Shown: piece by piece, positions 36,723 to 49,730 of the stretch
Layout of the letters: each line of letters opens with the position of its first letter
How positions within the stretch are numbered: position 1 is the stretch's first letter
Assembly: GCA_012295275.1 (NCBI GenBank)
Contig: CM022679.1
Coordinates: 18,600,001-18,664,000, forward strand
DNA length: 64,000 bases
Source: Chrysomallon squamiferum
Lineage: Eukaryota; Animalia; Mollusca
Direction of reading: 5' to 3'
The notes under the pieces: model-generated
Database searches by the model: none
The model's input: the letters and a program-made list of their open reading frames with translations, nothing else
Told to the model about the DNA's origin: nothing
Program-made: the position numbers and the translations under genes

Positions 36723-37682
36723 ACTTAATACTTGCTGTACCTATATTATAAAACGTAAATATTTAAAACAGGTATGGAGCTCAGAAGTGAAGGAATGGGC
36801 TAACTATGTAATTAGATGTGACAGAGAATATCCTGGTCCAAGAACTGCCTACACGAACTTTGCAAAATTACCGACTGTGAGTACATCTATAATAACTTAC
36901 TTAAATATTCATTTACTGCTATGATTTGTAATAATAACCAATTCTGTTACTTTTTATTGAACTGAATCGACTTTAAACTGATGGGCTCTGAATTTTGTAT
37001 ATTCAATAGTTGTTTTAATTTCTGGTTATTAAAATTAATACATATGTTTACAATACTGACTAACGAAAGCTGTGTTAGATACATAATGATATATATGTGA
37101 ACATTATGCTGTATTACTAGACTCGAGGTATTGAGAACATTGTGTATAAATGGGGGAAGGAAGGTGACGACCCGTTGGTATCGTTAAAATATGGCTGCCG
37201 AACTCCTCACGACTACAAGAAGTGCAATCACAACACCAATGTAAGTCTTCGTTCTTAATACATTGTATTATTCCTTCTGTTCTTATTAATGCATTTGTTC
37301 TTTTCCTAATTCATCATCTTATTATTATTCGTATATTGTTCTTTTATTACTGATATAGTTATTCCTTTTGGAAATAATCTAATTTTCTCTTTTTTCCCGC
37401 TTAAGCTATCTACACAATTCATGTTGAAAATACTGTATGTATTTCACGGAAAGAAAAATTAAAGGACAATTTTATTTTTGTGAAAATCACGATTTTTCTA
37501 ATGAAAATTTGTTTCATACCTGATATTTTGAACTCAGTCTCCTGTACTTTCGTTTCTTGTAAGAAAATGTTTTTTCCTTTTTGTTTCAGCTTATGGAGTA
37601 CAAGCTAAATCGGATGGGATGTGCTGCTTGCAACTGCGGATATTTAAGACAGTTGATATGTATCTATGACAACAAGCCATGA
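21992..37682 (+). CDS. Secreted double-CAP-domain (SCP/PR-1/CRISP/GLIPR-like) protein, ~424 aa; exons 21992-22153, 30551-30796, 31669-31784, 31934-32034, 33361-33444, 35410-35577, 36295-36374, 36772-36876, 37121-37240, 37590-37682
   Basis: Signal peptide, then CAP1 (IIDKHNEVRREVGASNMQYVTWDDHL...AERWAQKC...GHNLY...WIRE...YVQMVFAKTNKIGCA...FVCYYSPRGN), CRISP-like hinge CSKCPYGTTCDHGGLC, a linker, and CAP2 (ILEVTNELR...LVWS...WGKE...CNHNTNLM...MGCA...LICIYD). All GT-AG, phases consistent. The linker exons are less certain. Confidence 0.85.
24853..25610. mobile_element. Degenerate hAT-like non-autonomous element in CAP gene intron 1
   Basis: Left end TAGGTGTTGCAAATTACCG; clustered ACCG/ACCGGT repeats at both ends (24866-24960 and ~25524-25595); TIR match poor. 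Confidence 0.35.
30551..30796 (+). CDS. CAP gene exon 2
   Basis: TWDDHLKLKAERWAQKCRYERP...GHNLYY...WIREKEYFQYGVDCGSACSYVQ; ttttcag|...|gtacgt. Confidence 0.92.
31669..31784 (+). CDS. CAP gene exon 3
   Basis: MVFAKTNKIGCALSYCQYLRAGKYWIRHATLFVCYYSP; CAP signature region. Confidence 0.92.
31934..32034 (+). CDS. CAP gene exon 4 (GN + cysteine hinge)
   Basis: GNLVGEYPYLGGAVCSKCPYGTTCDHGGLCSPP; tag|...|gtatgt. Confidence 0.92.
33361..33444 (+). CDS. CAP gene linker exon
   Basis: YAEFRAAAPLMEGGEVVEDKPAKETSL; phase 1-1; tttcag|...|gtgaca. Confidence 0.7.
34522..34623. repeat. Perfect 51-bp tandem duplication
   Basis: TAACAAATAATTGAGTTTCAAATTTATTCTGTTATAAACAATTATTTCTGA at 34522-34572 and 34573-34623. 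Confidence 0.95.
34960..35320. repeat. Degenerate ~22-bp minisatellite (CATACTGCATGATGCATATCCA-like)
   Basis: Consecutive 21-22-nt units, e.g. catactgcataatgatatcca / tatactgtatgatgcatatctg / cgaaatgtgtaatgcttatcca / cgttttgcatgatgcatatcca. Confidence 0.8.
35410..35577 (+). CDS. CAP gene linker exon
   Basis: RSGNMYSALDRYGPNRLPSSRSEFDVKLVAGSDCDSYERNNPVRNNPRNYSPRCR; phase 1-1; ttttag|...|gtgagt. Confidence 0.75.
36090..36272 (+). repeat. Six TGTT(T/C)AGAAGTGT-like cores at ~31-bp spacing
   Basis: Cores at 36090, 36121, 36148, 36179, 36228 and 36259. Confidence 0.8.
36295..36374 (+). CDS. CAP gene exon starting the second CAP domain
   Basis: SLTQDEENLILEVTNELRQRKARQPL. Confidence 0.85.
36772..36876 (+). 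CDS. CAP gene exon (CAP2)
   Basis: VWSSEVKEWANYVIRCDREYPGPRTAYTNFAKLPT|gtgagt. Confidence 0.82.
37121..37240 (+). CDS. CAP gene exon (CAP2)
   Basis: TRGIENIVYKWGKEGDDPLVSLKYGCRTPHDYKKCNHNTN|gtaagt. Confidence 0.85.
37590..37682 (+). CDS. CAP gene terminal exon
   Basis: tttcag|LMEYKLNRMGCAACNCGYLRQLICIYDNKP-TGA. Confidence 0.87.
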   Translation, partial: LMEYKLNRMGCAACNCGYLRQLICIYDNKP

Positions 37683-38250
37683 ATACCCTGATTAGACTAA
37701 CTGGTTCGGGGCTGAAGGAATGCTTTACTGTTCTTGTTCTGTTACTAACATAAAGGTTGTTCTGTATGTATGAGCCTACGACACTTATCGAGTGATGTAA
37801 CTGTTACATTCCAGGCAAATATAATTCTGGATCAGCATATAGTCATATGTGATATTGTGGTTTAAATTGAAGATATTCTTTATCTGAAATTTGATAGTAA
37901 CTGGAAACTGCAGCTTTTTAAAAATAATGTCTAATGACTCTCAAGAAGGTTTATCTAACAATCTTCAAATATATTTCATTCAGTCTAGGGCGATACAAAT
38001 AAATATATTTCTAATCATTTATGAAAACTGAATCTATGACAGTCTTGGTTATTAAAATCACATAATATAATATTATGATACTGGTGTCTATAATTATTAT
38101 CTGAATTATGACCAGATTAATTTTTAACAAATTTAAAACAAATCTTTGAATATTTTTTTTAATTAATATTTTTGTGAAACCGACTTCTATTGCATTCAGA
38201 AAGAAGAAGGAATGTTTCTATTTATTCACTCAGAAAATGCCATGATAATA

Positions 38251-39201
38251 GGGGGAGTTGGGGCACAGTGGATCACAATTCTTCTTTTCAAGTTTTTCTC
38301 CCAAGTTAATGGCAGCATGGTTAATAACAGAACGGAAAAAGAGTGAGAGGGACACTTTTATACTGTCAATTATAGCCATTTTTGGCTTTGTGATGGTTGG
38401 AAATTATTTTCAAAATGACTCACTGTCCCACACTACTGGGGTAGAGTGAATTAGCCCAGGGCTGAGTGAGAGAGTCATTTATAAACAATTTAACTTTCCA
38501 TACAAAAATTATTTTTTTGAATGTTATAAACAATTTACAATATCAGAACTGCTTTTACATCTGCTATTTCTAAGTCCTCTGCCTGCTGGTCATCAAGTGC
38601 ATGCATAGTTATTTCATCTGTCCTTCCCACAGATCTTTCATGGAACTGGTCTACACTTGTCTGGAGATTCAGTTTCTTTCGTCTTGGCTTAGCTACTTTA
38701 TTTTGGGGGCCTCCTTGTTTTTCCGTCTTCCTTTTCCGTTTTTCAGAAGCTATTCTAATTTGTTCTTTGACCAGGATACTTCTAATGTCTAACCTTCCTA
38801 AATCAGCCTTTGTTTTTTCCGTGGTAGTGCCTCTGGAAAGGGGTGAAAAAGCTCGAGTTTGCGTTTCATACAATCATGAGATCTTTTTCTACAAATGGCG
38901 GTCTGAAAACGAACGAGCACATGTCCATAATCTTGCAAAACCTCCCTCTAATCAAAACATAATGAATGTTTTTATTATTATTATTGATCTGAACTATATC
39001 ATAAAAGTATATTAATCATAAAAATGTACTTTTGTTGGTGAGAAGCATACCTTACCTTGATAATTTTCCAAAGTCAAACCTCAGTTAATAAAGTTTCTTG
39101 ATTGGGGATTTACCATACGCTTTTTCTGATGACATCACCTTGTGTTTTCCTTTTTTTATTATCTATAAATGCTCACTGATCCTCCGTGCCCCGGCTCCCC
39201 C
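38251..39201 (-). mobile_element. Non-autonomous pogo-like DNA transposon, ~950 bp
   Basis: 25-bp TIRs GGGGGAGTTGGGGCACAGTGGATCA and GGGGGAGCCGGGGCACGGAGGATCA (21/25), TA on the left. Minus-strand relic HPFPEALPRKK plus a basic tail resembles the C-terminal PFPKAxPRK region of pogo transposases. Confidence 0.75.
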
Positions 39202-39211
39202 TTTTGAATAA

Positions 39212-39310
39212 TAAAACAGCATAACATTAATTATACAACAGTTTATCAAAATATAAGTATTATTCATCAAAACAACATTAAATCTTAAGAGTTTTCTCTC
39301 TTTCATAATA
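39212..39310 (+). repeat. ~100-bp dispersed direct repeat, copy 1 (copy 2 at ~42011-42106)
   Basis: Shared core AAATATAAGTATTATTCATCAAAACAACATTAAATCTTAAGAGTTTTCTCT. Confidence 0.85.
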
Positions 39311-39989
39311 ACGAATAGCATAACATGTAATTCTAACAGAAAAGTTATTTTTTAAATTCTGTTTTTCTTCATTAATTTTAATTTATTTTGTCTCTTTTTA
39401 TATAATTTACTAAATATCATATTATTTTTTTTATGTCTGTTGAATTATTTGAAAGTATTATTATGATTTAAACAACTAATATGGAACGAATGTCAGGTTT
39501 TTTTTCTTCAAATTATTTTTTTTAATTTGTAATTGTCAAAAGTTATTTTTATTCCTGATGCTTAGCTATTCAGAGATAAAGAAATTTTTACAAAGATGTT
39601 TTCAAATTTTTACATCAGTGTTTTGAGTGATATTATTAAGTATTCTTTCTTTCTTTCTTTTTACTTTATTTATTTATTATTATTATTATCATATCATTAT
39701 GATGATCATCATTTTATTTTTATTTTTTGTAACGAAATTAATTTCTAAACATGTATGAATAATATTTATGGATTCCTTTTTAAACAAATTTGAATCCACC
39801 CCTCATGGAGATATTTTTATGGTATTCAAGTCAGCAATACGCTTGTTAGACAACAACAGAAATACATGTTAGTTCATAAAAAAATAAATTACATTGTTAT
39901 ATTTATTATAATATCTTTTTAACAATAATATTGCAATTTGGTGCAGATAAAATTCTAAAATTCTTCTTCTTCATGTTCTTCTTCTTCTT

Positions 39990-40020
<31 letters not shown>

Positions 40021-41520
40021 TTATTATCATCATAATTATTATTATTTTTATTATTCCCTTTAACATTTCTTATGCACTGTATACCTTTGTCATCAAGAAA
40101 TAAGTTAAAAATAAATAAATAAATAAATAAATAAAATTTGTTCTTAATTAGAATGAAACAAAACACTCTACTCATTTCATACATTTATTTTTTGCATATT
40201 GTTTATTTTACTACATTTAACATTCCAGTCTTTATAAAATGGTATAAACAAGTTATATATTAGAATAAATTTTATGGATATGCACGGGATGTACGTTTGT
40301 CGCACATCATTACACAGCGGCAGAAATACTGTCTTTTATTATAGTATATCTAGATTACTATAGGTTTAAGTCAGTGAGACTGATTTAACATTTTCAAAAA
40401 TTATTATTAAAACGAAAATGGAAGACTGCAAAAAAGAAAAAAAGAAATATGTTTGATGCTAATGAAACATTATAGTTCATATGCATATGAGTGAATAAAT
40501 AATTAATTATTGACAATCTGAACATACAAATATAACATTGTATTCTTATTTATATTATGCTACGCGGAAGAAACACAGATAAAGCTAGAATAAACGTAAG
40601 TATTTTAAGATTTCTAGTTAAAGATTAGATAACTATAGATCAGTGATTTTCAGAGGAAGCGGTAGCAACTCTTCGGGTCGCTGAGAATATATATATATAC
40701 AGATAGACAGATAGAGAAATAGATAGATGGTTAAATATAGATATATTTTAACTTTACTAATATTCCGTACTTCTATGACAAGAAAAAGATTCAGTTTAGA
40801 TGAAACCAAATTTCAAAAGTATTTGAAAATTGGTTTTTGAAAATGATAAAGATTAAGAATTATAGATGTGTATTTGACACTGACATAGGTTATAATAAAA
40901 CTATTTGTTTGACTCTAGTTTTGTTGATAAGATAATGGTGAGAAAACTGAAGTTGGTGGTTAATACATTTAACAGTTCAATTTAGTATGTGAAAAATCTT
41001 TTTTTCTTTATAAAATCTAAACAGAATTAGTTTAATATCGCTTCTCCTAGAATGTTTAAATCGCACATTTAATATTAATAAACATTTTCTTTTTTTTCAT
41101 TTCTTAAAATATATAGATACATATTACATTTAAATTATAATTAGTTTTGTACAGGTTATATATATATATATATATGAAATATACGGTATAATTTATTTGA
41201 GATTGTTTGTTTTTCTTTCTTTATTATAGAAATTCAGTCAAATATTTTCTCATTCCAATTGTGCTGTTGATATTAATTTTTATTTTCCTTGTACACATTC
41301 ATTATTTCTGAGGTTCGCATATTTTAAATTTAATTTTGGCTTTTCAGAATTATTTCCCTTTCTCTGCATTTATAACGAGATGAAAAACATTGTTCATCAG
41401 TATGTCGGTAATTTTTTTCAGTTAATATGAAACGCTTTTGTAGATTATTTTGCTTTGATTTTGCTGGTAAATGAAATATAAAACCCGAATAAAAGGTTTA
41501 ACTCACTTTGTTAAATCAAC

Positions 41521-41694
<174 letters not shown>

Positions 41695-42010
41695 AAATAG
41701 GCCTAACTTAGTAATATTCTGACAACAACCAACCGTCCTCAAAAATGAAGCCATACATATATAAATATTAACTAAGATTAAGTACTGTGTGACTTTATTG
41801 ACTTATTGGCTGTAACTAGAATACACGAGTGAGATAATGAAAAGAAATGCATTCAGGCATGTTTAAATTTTATAATAATGGAACACGTTAAGATATGTTA
41901 CTTTTATTTATCTTTAAGTAACAAATAACATTTGTACGAACATCACGTATACATATTATATATACACGTGCATAAGTACATATAAATGCATACAAACTGA
42001 ACTTGAGTTT

Positions 42011-42106
42011 AAAAACAGCAAAAATTAATTATACATCAATTTATCTAAATATAAGTATTATTCATCAAAACAACATTAAATCTTAAGAGTTTTCTCTTTC
42101 ATAATA
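42011..42106 (+). repeat. ~100-bp dispersed direct repeat, copy 2
   Basis: Near-identical to 39212-39310. Confidence 0.85.
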
Positions 42107-42720
42107 ATATAATAATTTTATTACGTGTGAAGTTTAGAACTTTAATTTTTACAAATCACCTACCCCATTTTAAAAAGCTTTTAGAGATCTTTTTATTATA
42201 TCTTTATTTCAAAGATACTAAAAACAATTTATTTTCATATTTACAGGATTTTTCAACTGAACAGATTTAGAGACAAAAAAATTAGTACACGATCGATTAG
42301 TACCGAGCATTTGAATTTAATTTTTAATCAATAATCTGAACTAATAAACTTGATCTTTTCATATTAATTTACATTTAATATTTGTTTAATAAAAATAAAT
42401 GGTGTAACTGTATACAAACTGCTATACAAATTCATAATAAAAGAAAATATTAAACATTATATAAACTACACATTTTATTTTATTTCATTTTTCTTTTATA
42501 AATCATTTTTAATGCTATATTGTTATATTTTATCAGGATAATAAAAAGCGTTAAAATTAAAAATAAAAAAATAAAAAAGAAATTTTAGCAAAATGTCACA
42601 ATCCATTCAGTTAATGAGTTTTGATTCTGATTTTGTTTTCAATTTCTTTCTATTCCTTTCTCTCTTTCATTCGTTTTCATTTCCTTGTAATCTTTTTTCT
42701 CCTTTTATCCACTGTTTAAT

Positions 42721-42894
42721 AATTCTAATCTTGATGTTGTCAGAAATTTTCTTCAAAGTATAGAAACACTGAAAATGAATTATTTATCTTTTCAACCATT
42801 GTTTTATAATTCTAATCTTGATGTTGTCAGGAATTTTCTTCAAAGTATAGAAACATTGAAAATGAATTATTTATCTTTTCAACCATTGTTTTAT
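42721..42894. repeat. 87-bp tandem duplication with 2 mismatches
   Basis: AATTCTAATCTTGATGTTGTCAG...TTCAACCATTGTTTTAT at 42721-42807 and 42808-42894. Confidence 0.93.
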
Positions 42895-43020
42895 CTAATT
42901 AGTTTCCTGCTGGCATATTCTTCGAACAGTTATGTTGAATAATATTTATTTATTATTCAAGTTAAGTAGCATGTCAGGTTAATAGCGCTTTTCATCAATA
43001 CATGCAAAAACTCTCCGATG

Positions 43021-43734
43021 TATAAAAGATGTTAGTCGTCTGACGAACTGACTTGGAACACGTCAGCTGACTGGGGGATCTGAATCAGTTCTCGTTGGTT
43101 GGAAGGATGATATGGAATTTTTTGATCCACGGCAACACGTTTCAAGGATGCTTTGTACGATCCATGCTGATAAATGACACCATGTGGCTGCTTTTGGATG
43201 AAGAATGTTATATATGTAACTCTAAGCTGTCAAGTTTCCGTTAGCAAGGACCCAGTGATCTCTTATACAACAGACTCTTCCCACTAGATGAAAAGACTTC
43301 CTGAACGCAATAAGTGATTTATTGACACAGTCATATGTGATAAATCGTCTAAACCGTTTTTATTCTCTAGTTGCTCGTGTTCACGAGATATGTGCTTTTC
43401 GCTTTATCGCAAATTTACGTTATTTGGGCGGGTATAATTTTCTACATACACAGTGGTTTTATTTGGGCTATATGTTTTACATTGTAAATTTCAGTTTACA
43501 ATGGTAAAGTTTCTTTTGGCTATGGGTATACATGTATTAACTTGTATCTGTACAGTTTTTGCTTCTGTGTATATCTTTATATGTCCAGATACATTTAGAA
43601 ATACTATTATAAATCAACACACTCCCCCATCTATGAATAAATAAAAGGGATATTAGTAGTAAAGCATTTTATAAACAAATTACATTTAATTGATAAAACT
43701 ACGATAATTCAGGAATGAACTCATAATCCCTATA

Positions 43735-43798
<64 letters not shown>

Positions 43799-44252
43799 AC
43801 ACATCATATTCATGCCTCACACCATAGACAACTACACACATCATTATTAGATTCAGCAAATAAAATTAATTAATTTCGTAGCAGATTGATTTTGTAACAA
43901 AATCACCATAAAAACAAATTACATTTTATCTTTATGACAGACGATCTTTTCGGGTTCATACCATCGTAACAATATATTTCTACAACAGAGCCATGCGACT
44001 GTTTTAAAGCCTGGATGGTGTATTTTGAGGTATGGACAGTAACTGATATTATATCCTATTCTTCTGAACGCTGTCTCAAAATCACCGTCCACTGAGTTAG
44101 GGCTTTCCGCACTGAGTGAGTTTTCGAATCCGCCCGTCTCTGGGGTGATATTAAAGCCTTAGGGTTTCGTATAGAATCAAGGAGCGCAACTATTCTGTTA
44201 AATTCCTAGAAAGGAAATGGCCTCGGTGAGAAAACTGTACAACCAGCAAAAG
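43021..44252 (+). other. Candidate promoter and 5' exons of an unidentified + strand gene: TATAAAAG at 43021; exon 43941-44252 ending in MASVRKLYNQQK
   Basis: Canonical TATA box; acceptor tttatgacag at 43940; good-context gaaATGG at 44217 followed by donors TCG|gtgaga and AAG|gtaatt; no recognisable homology. Confidence 0.3.
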
Positions 44253-47200
44253 GTAATTTCAAAAGAAAGCACTGATAAAATGCATTTAAAATTACTTTTA
44301 TCTCCAATCTAGAGGGTTACATATCAAATGCTTCACTTCAGAAGAATTTAGGAGAATTTAGTGGTCTCGAGACTTTAACTATATACTTGATTCTTAAATG
44401 AACGAAAGAAGTCGAGAAGATATTTCATACAATAAAATAATTACTTATTTTGCACGTGTAATATTCTTAAATGAAAACAAAAACGTGCCAATTTTGCGAC
44501 TGATTATAATGTGCGTGCTTTAAATACAGTAAATTTTCATTCATGTTTCTGTATAATGTACAAGCAGGTCCACATGGATCCTCGTCTTATTTTTCGTCTG
44601 TTACTAAGTAGACGTCTTCTGTTACCTTTAGTTTAGCATTTTTGAAAAAGCTGGCAAATCACAACGTATCGTATTTTTTCCTCTAATAAAAATGGAAATC
44701 ATTATTAATGTAATCCAATCTTTTCTATTACAATAAAATGTGAAAATACCGCCACAGTAATGAAGTTTTCTTTTTTAGTCGAAGAGCTTGATAATCAATA
44801 CCACTTTAAAGAAAAAAGATTGCAATGTACCACGTTTTAAGTGTGCAGTATTTTATAATCACAACATTTAGAAAATGTACATGGTATACTATTAAATAAA
44901 TGTACTCTTTATAATATTAAGCTGTTCAATATATTTTCTGATTTCGTATGGTTGTATATTTATAAATAGACTGTTTAAGATTGTTCACTGCTACAACTAC
45001 TACTGCTGCTGCTGCTGCTAATGCTGCTACTACTACTACCACTACTACTACTGCTAATAGGAACAAAAACAATAAAAATAACAAAAGTGTTATTGAAGTT
45101 TCTGTTTTATTACATGCTATATAGTGTATACTCATAAATAACATCATTCAGATTCTTAGTGCAAAATTTTCAAGATAACTTCCGCAAGTAATGTATTCCT
45201 TACACATATAGTGCGCATTCATAAAATTACTACTTCTTGAGAATGTTTCAACAAATCGATTGATGGATGTTTCATAAGTGAATGTATTATATGGGAGTTT
45301 TATACAGAGTGAAGGTAGGTATTTCTTACGAATGACAAACGTCAGATTAAAAAAATACGGAACCAATCTGAAATAGAATCAAAATTGTTAGTACAAGGAT
45401 ACTCCTATTTCTCATCTCTCTTTCTCTTATTGTACGACTATACATGTGTGGGTATGGGTGTTTTTGTATGTAAGTATATGTGCAACTGTGTTCCCGTTTA
45501 ATGTATCTTATGCTAGTGATCATGTTTGTTACAGAATTTACTGCTTTGCGAACTGCAACCTCGACTGATCAGCTTTGTCATCCTGTGTTATTACTGTCTT
45601 GGACCATTTGCCAGTAAACAATCAAACAATATTAACTTACTAGAACATAAATGTTCATTGCTTTGCCTTCAATAATTATTAAAGTTGTGTTAGTCCACTC
45701 ATATAAGAATCAGTGAGTAACAGGACCATTACTCTTCGATGACCCTAAAGAATGTCAGTGGTATGACAGACCAGACAAAATTTTGTTAGAAAAGCAGATG
45801 TCCATGGCTGTTTCTTACATGTAAACATTATTAGCTGATAAAATTATTGAAGTGTCGTCCGTGAAAGTAAATTTAATATTAATTCATTGGATAATATATC
45901 ATTATTAATACTATATTTAATTAATACCTTTTCTTGACCACATCAGTATACCTGTATTTGATAATAATTTCGGGACATTAATAAAGTTATTTACTTTTAA
46001 GAAAATACTTAATATATATGAAAATCATTTTTTTGAAAAAACATACATGTAAGTTCGAAACGATTTTTAGAAATGTTATATATTTACTAATACTTAATAG
46101 TAGGAACTGATAAACTTTGTCTCTTTCAATCGGTTTTATTTATTTATTTAATTTTAAAAGAAATAATGATAATTGAAAGTTGAAGATCGGTTGGGTCTTC
46201 TGATTAAGTGTCAAATTTCTGATTAAACATTTTATTTTTTTTAAATCTTAGTAACATCGTCTTACATAAGCAGCCTAACTACAAACTACAGTTCACAACT
46301 AATGTTATTTTCGACCCACTAACTGAATGGTTTTATCGACTCCGCGCTCTTTGACGTCATTGAATTACATGCTAATAAGGATAAATCGCCTTGTAACTGT
46401 TGCAAGAAGAGAAATAATTGAAGATGAATCTATCTCGTCAACAACTAAACCAGAGAGCTGTGCTTCAAAAACTCTGCTTAAGTAAGTGAAACCTGAAAAT
46501 TTATTTAAATTGCTATTCTCAGGGTACAAAAGATAATTAATTTTGGTATTTTACGCATGTAAATATAATGCGTGAAAAGGCTTCAAGAAGAATCCAGTGT
46601 TCCGTATAAATAGAGGATAATAATTAGTACTAAATATTTCATGTTAAATACAATAATCCAAAATTCAAACAACTGACCAACTAAAGAAAACAAGTATTTT
46701 GAGTATTAATATACAAAATCTGTTAAAGAATTCATCAATCATCCAGTTCGAGGGTCAGTCCCCAGTTTTTCGCTGACTTTGCAATTGTCGTTTGATGTCA
46801 CTGTTGTTATGTATCATCAAAGTTGTATCAGATTTTGGGGGGTAATTGTAAATACATTTTTTTATTCTAATTTATCAGTTTTTGTAACTTAATGAAAAAT
46901 TTCCTTCGTATGCATTTTCGTAACTGTGGAATACTAATAAGAACAAAATACAAGTATGAATTTATTATTTTGGAATCACCTCTTAAAGTTAAGGAAAACC
47001 ATTATACTTGACATGTAGGGCTCCCGATCGATCTGGTTATACGTCATCCTCATCAAGAACATTTCCCAAATCACAGAGGTGAAATTGTTTGTCGCTTCAC
47101 CATGCATCCATCACTCGGAAATAAGATAAGCGAAAGATAGAATCGCACGAGCGTTCCAGGCGAGGACAGGAGAAGATTATTGATAAAGTATTACATTTGG

Positions 47201-49693
47201 GAGAAGAGTGAAAACTTAGCAAATATTTTCTGCGCCTGCTTACACTGAGTTCTCTTATCAAGCTTATTGTTGATCGGTTTTGGATTCGTCTTTAGTGCCG
47301 TGTTCACCCAACAGGTAACGCGGCAGGGTAAGTGAAACTCCACTGAATTACATTATAAAATAATTATGTACTATCAAAGTTTAGAGATTCAATAACTTTT
47401 CGATCATTTTAGAAACTTTTTAATTTATACTGTTGTTACTATCACGAAACATCATTATAAACTGAATAGCTGATAATAAACTGAATTATCTACACTCACT
47501 AACGTAATAAACTAGAGACAGTAGGTGTGTGTGTGTGTGTGTATCTACGATGTTTACAAATGTTTTGTATTTCTGATCATTTATTATTAAAAGGTGAAAT
47601 TCAGATATAATTAAAATATAGCCCAAAGTGGCTCTTTCAAATCTCATTAATTCTAACCAGCTCAGCAAACGTGGTGCTGAAGGACTTACTACAAAGTAAA
47701 CGTGATGCTCCTAATAAAAGAAAACACCATAAATAAATCCCAAAAAGATTTTTTTATTATTATTATTTCGGATTTGTTTATGATTCTTATTTAATTTCAG
47801 TCTCAGTATATATGTCTTTCAACTACCTGACAAAACTGAATTTGTTGTTAGTAAATAAAATTGTTGAGGACAACAAAACTTAAAATGGTAGATGATTTTT
47901 TTGTTCTTGTTAACATGTTCAAATATTTGTTTTTAACGATCATAGCGTTGGGTGATCATAATTATTCTATGTTGAAATGAGGTTATTGATTCATAGAACT
48001 GTTAAAAAATCGAGCTGGAAAAAGTAACAAAACAAATGCTTCTAGCCAACCAGCTCTATACAGCATTTTTCTGCAGTTGCGAAATGTCGTTTTCTAGATT
48101 GGGACAATAATTGTGGCACGATATCGCACTGTAACGAATAATAGCAGGCGAACACAGTGTAATGTGGTTAAATGAAACAAAGTAATTTACATACTGAGCT
48201 ACAGATGTTTCCCCAAGGTATTGTAAGTTGAAAAGTAAATTTTTGAAGTTGGACGAAGCGTTTCTATTCCCAAAGCAATATTCTTAAATGGATATCATAG
48301 TACATGCTGAGCAGTAAATTGTGAAACATAATCCAGTTTTGAGGATAAAAGCGATAAAATTTAATTAGAAGAAATAGAAGGAGAATAAAATTGAGTCAGC
48401 TTTTCAAAGTCCAAACTCTAGAGATATACGGAATAAGTAGAGTAAAAACGACATTCAGCAACTGAATGTTTAATTGCTTTCGATCTGTTTTTCCAGTAAA
48501 ATGAGTTCACGTAGGTAAAACGATTTTGTAAGTCACAGCGCACTTATAGTATGGTAGTTTAGAAAGTTAATCAGAATTCGAAAATCTATGCGGAAATGTA
48601 TGACAAAGACAAGCAAAGAGATTACGCAACAAAATAATAATAAAAAGTAAATAAACAAAAATAATAATAAACAAATAAATAAACAAAATAAAATAAAATA
48701 AAAAGAAACCGTTTTATATAAATGCTTTTAAATATATATTTTTTTAAAATTCAGTCATTTAAAATAACAGACTTAAATATAATACTCCTAAATGTCTCGA
48801 TAATGTATACTGCTTGTTTTGTCCTGAGTTTCCTATAAACAATCCTCCGTTCCGTGTCAAATATAACTGTAAATTAGGCAGTGGGATTAAAATTTGTAGC
48901 GTTATAACAAACATTCTGTCTGCAAGCATTCTGTTTATGACACTGCAATCTAAAATCTCACCCTAGAGAATACGTTTATCCATTACACCTGGAAGCTAAA
49001 CGCAACATCCACATATTTAAATTGGAATGTTTTTGAACAAAAATGTATTTTTTAAACCAATCAGTCCCTATGACATTGGCGCTTTTGGGCAAATTAACGA
49101 GTTAATTGGTTGCCTTGTTTGTGGAGGTCTTTCGAAGTTGCTGTTTGGATTTCACTATAATCTGTCTGTCACGGACAAAATTCCCTCGATGCATGGAGCG
49201 TCTTTTCGAGAGCTTATTGTATTCAAAGCTGGGTAGGTTTAATCTTGTTCACAAGCTGATTATGCGCCCAAGGGAGGCCCGATAGAACACATTTTACTGA
49301 CGTTACTAATGTGTGTTATGTTGAACTGAATTTGAAATTGGTTGAAGCAGGATTGGTTTACAGTTACTACAAATTATAAATCCAATTAGCTACTTGATTA
49401 TTTTTCTTGCATTTGCACGCACAAAAGTACCCAAGCATATCTTGGTATGTATAAGTATATGAACAAATAGATAGGCAAATTGATGAAAACCATACATCTG
49501 GATGAATGAATATAAAATAACTGCCTGAACAATAAAGATATATGTTATTTTATAAAGAAAATAAGTTGAAATTTACAGTATAATGATATTAGCAATATAT
49601 TTTATTTATTTATTTATGTATTTGTTTTTTGTTTTTGTTATTGTAGTAGTAGTTATTATTATTATTATTATTATTGTGGTTGTTGTTGTTGTT

Positions 49694-49730
<37 letters not shown>

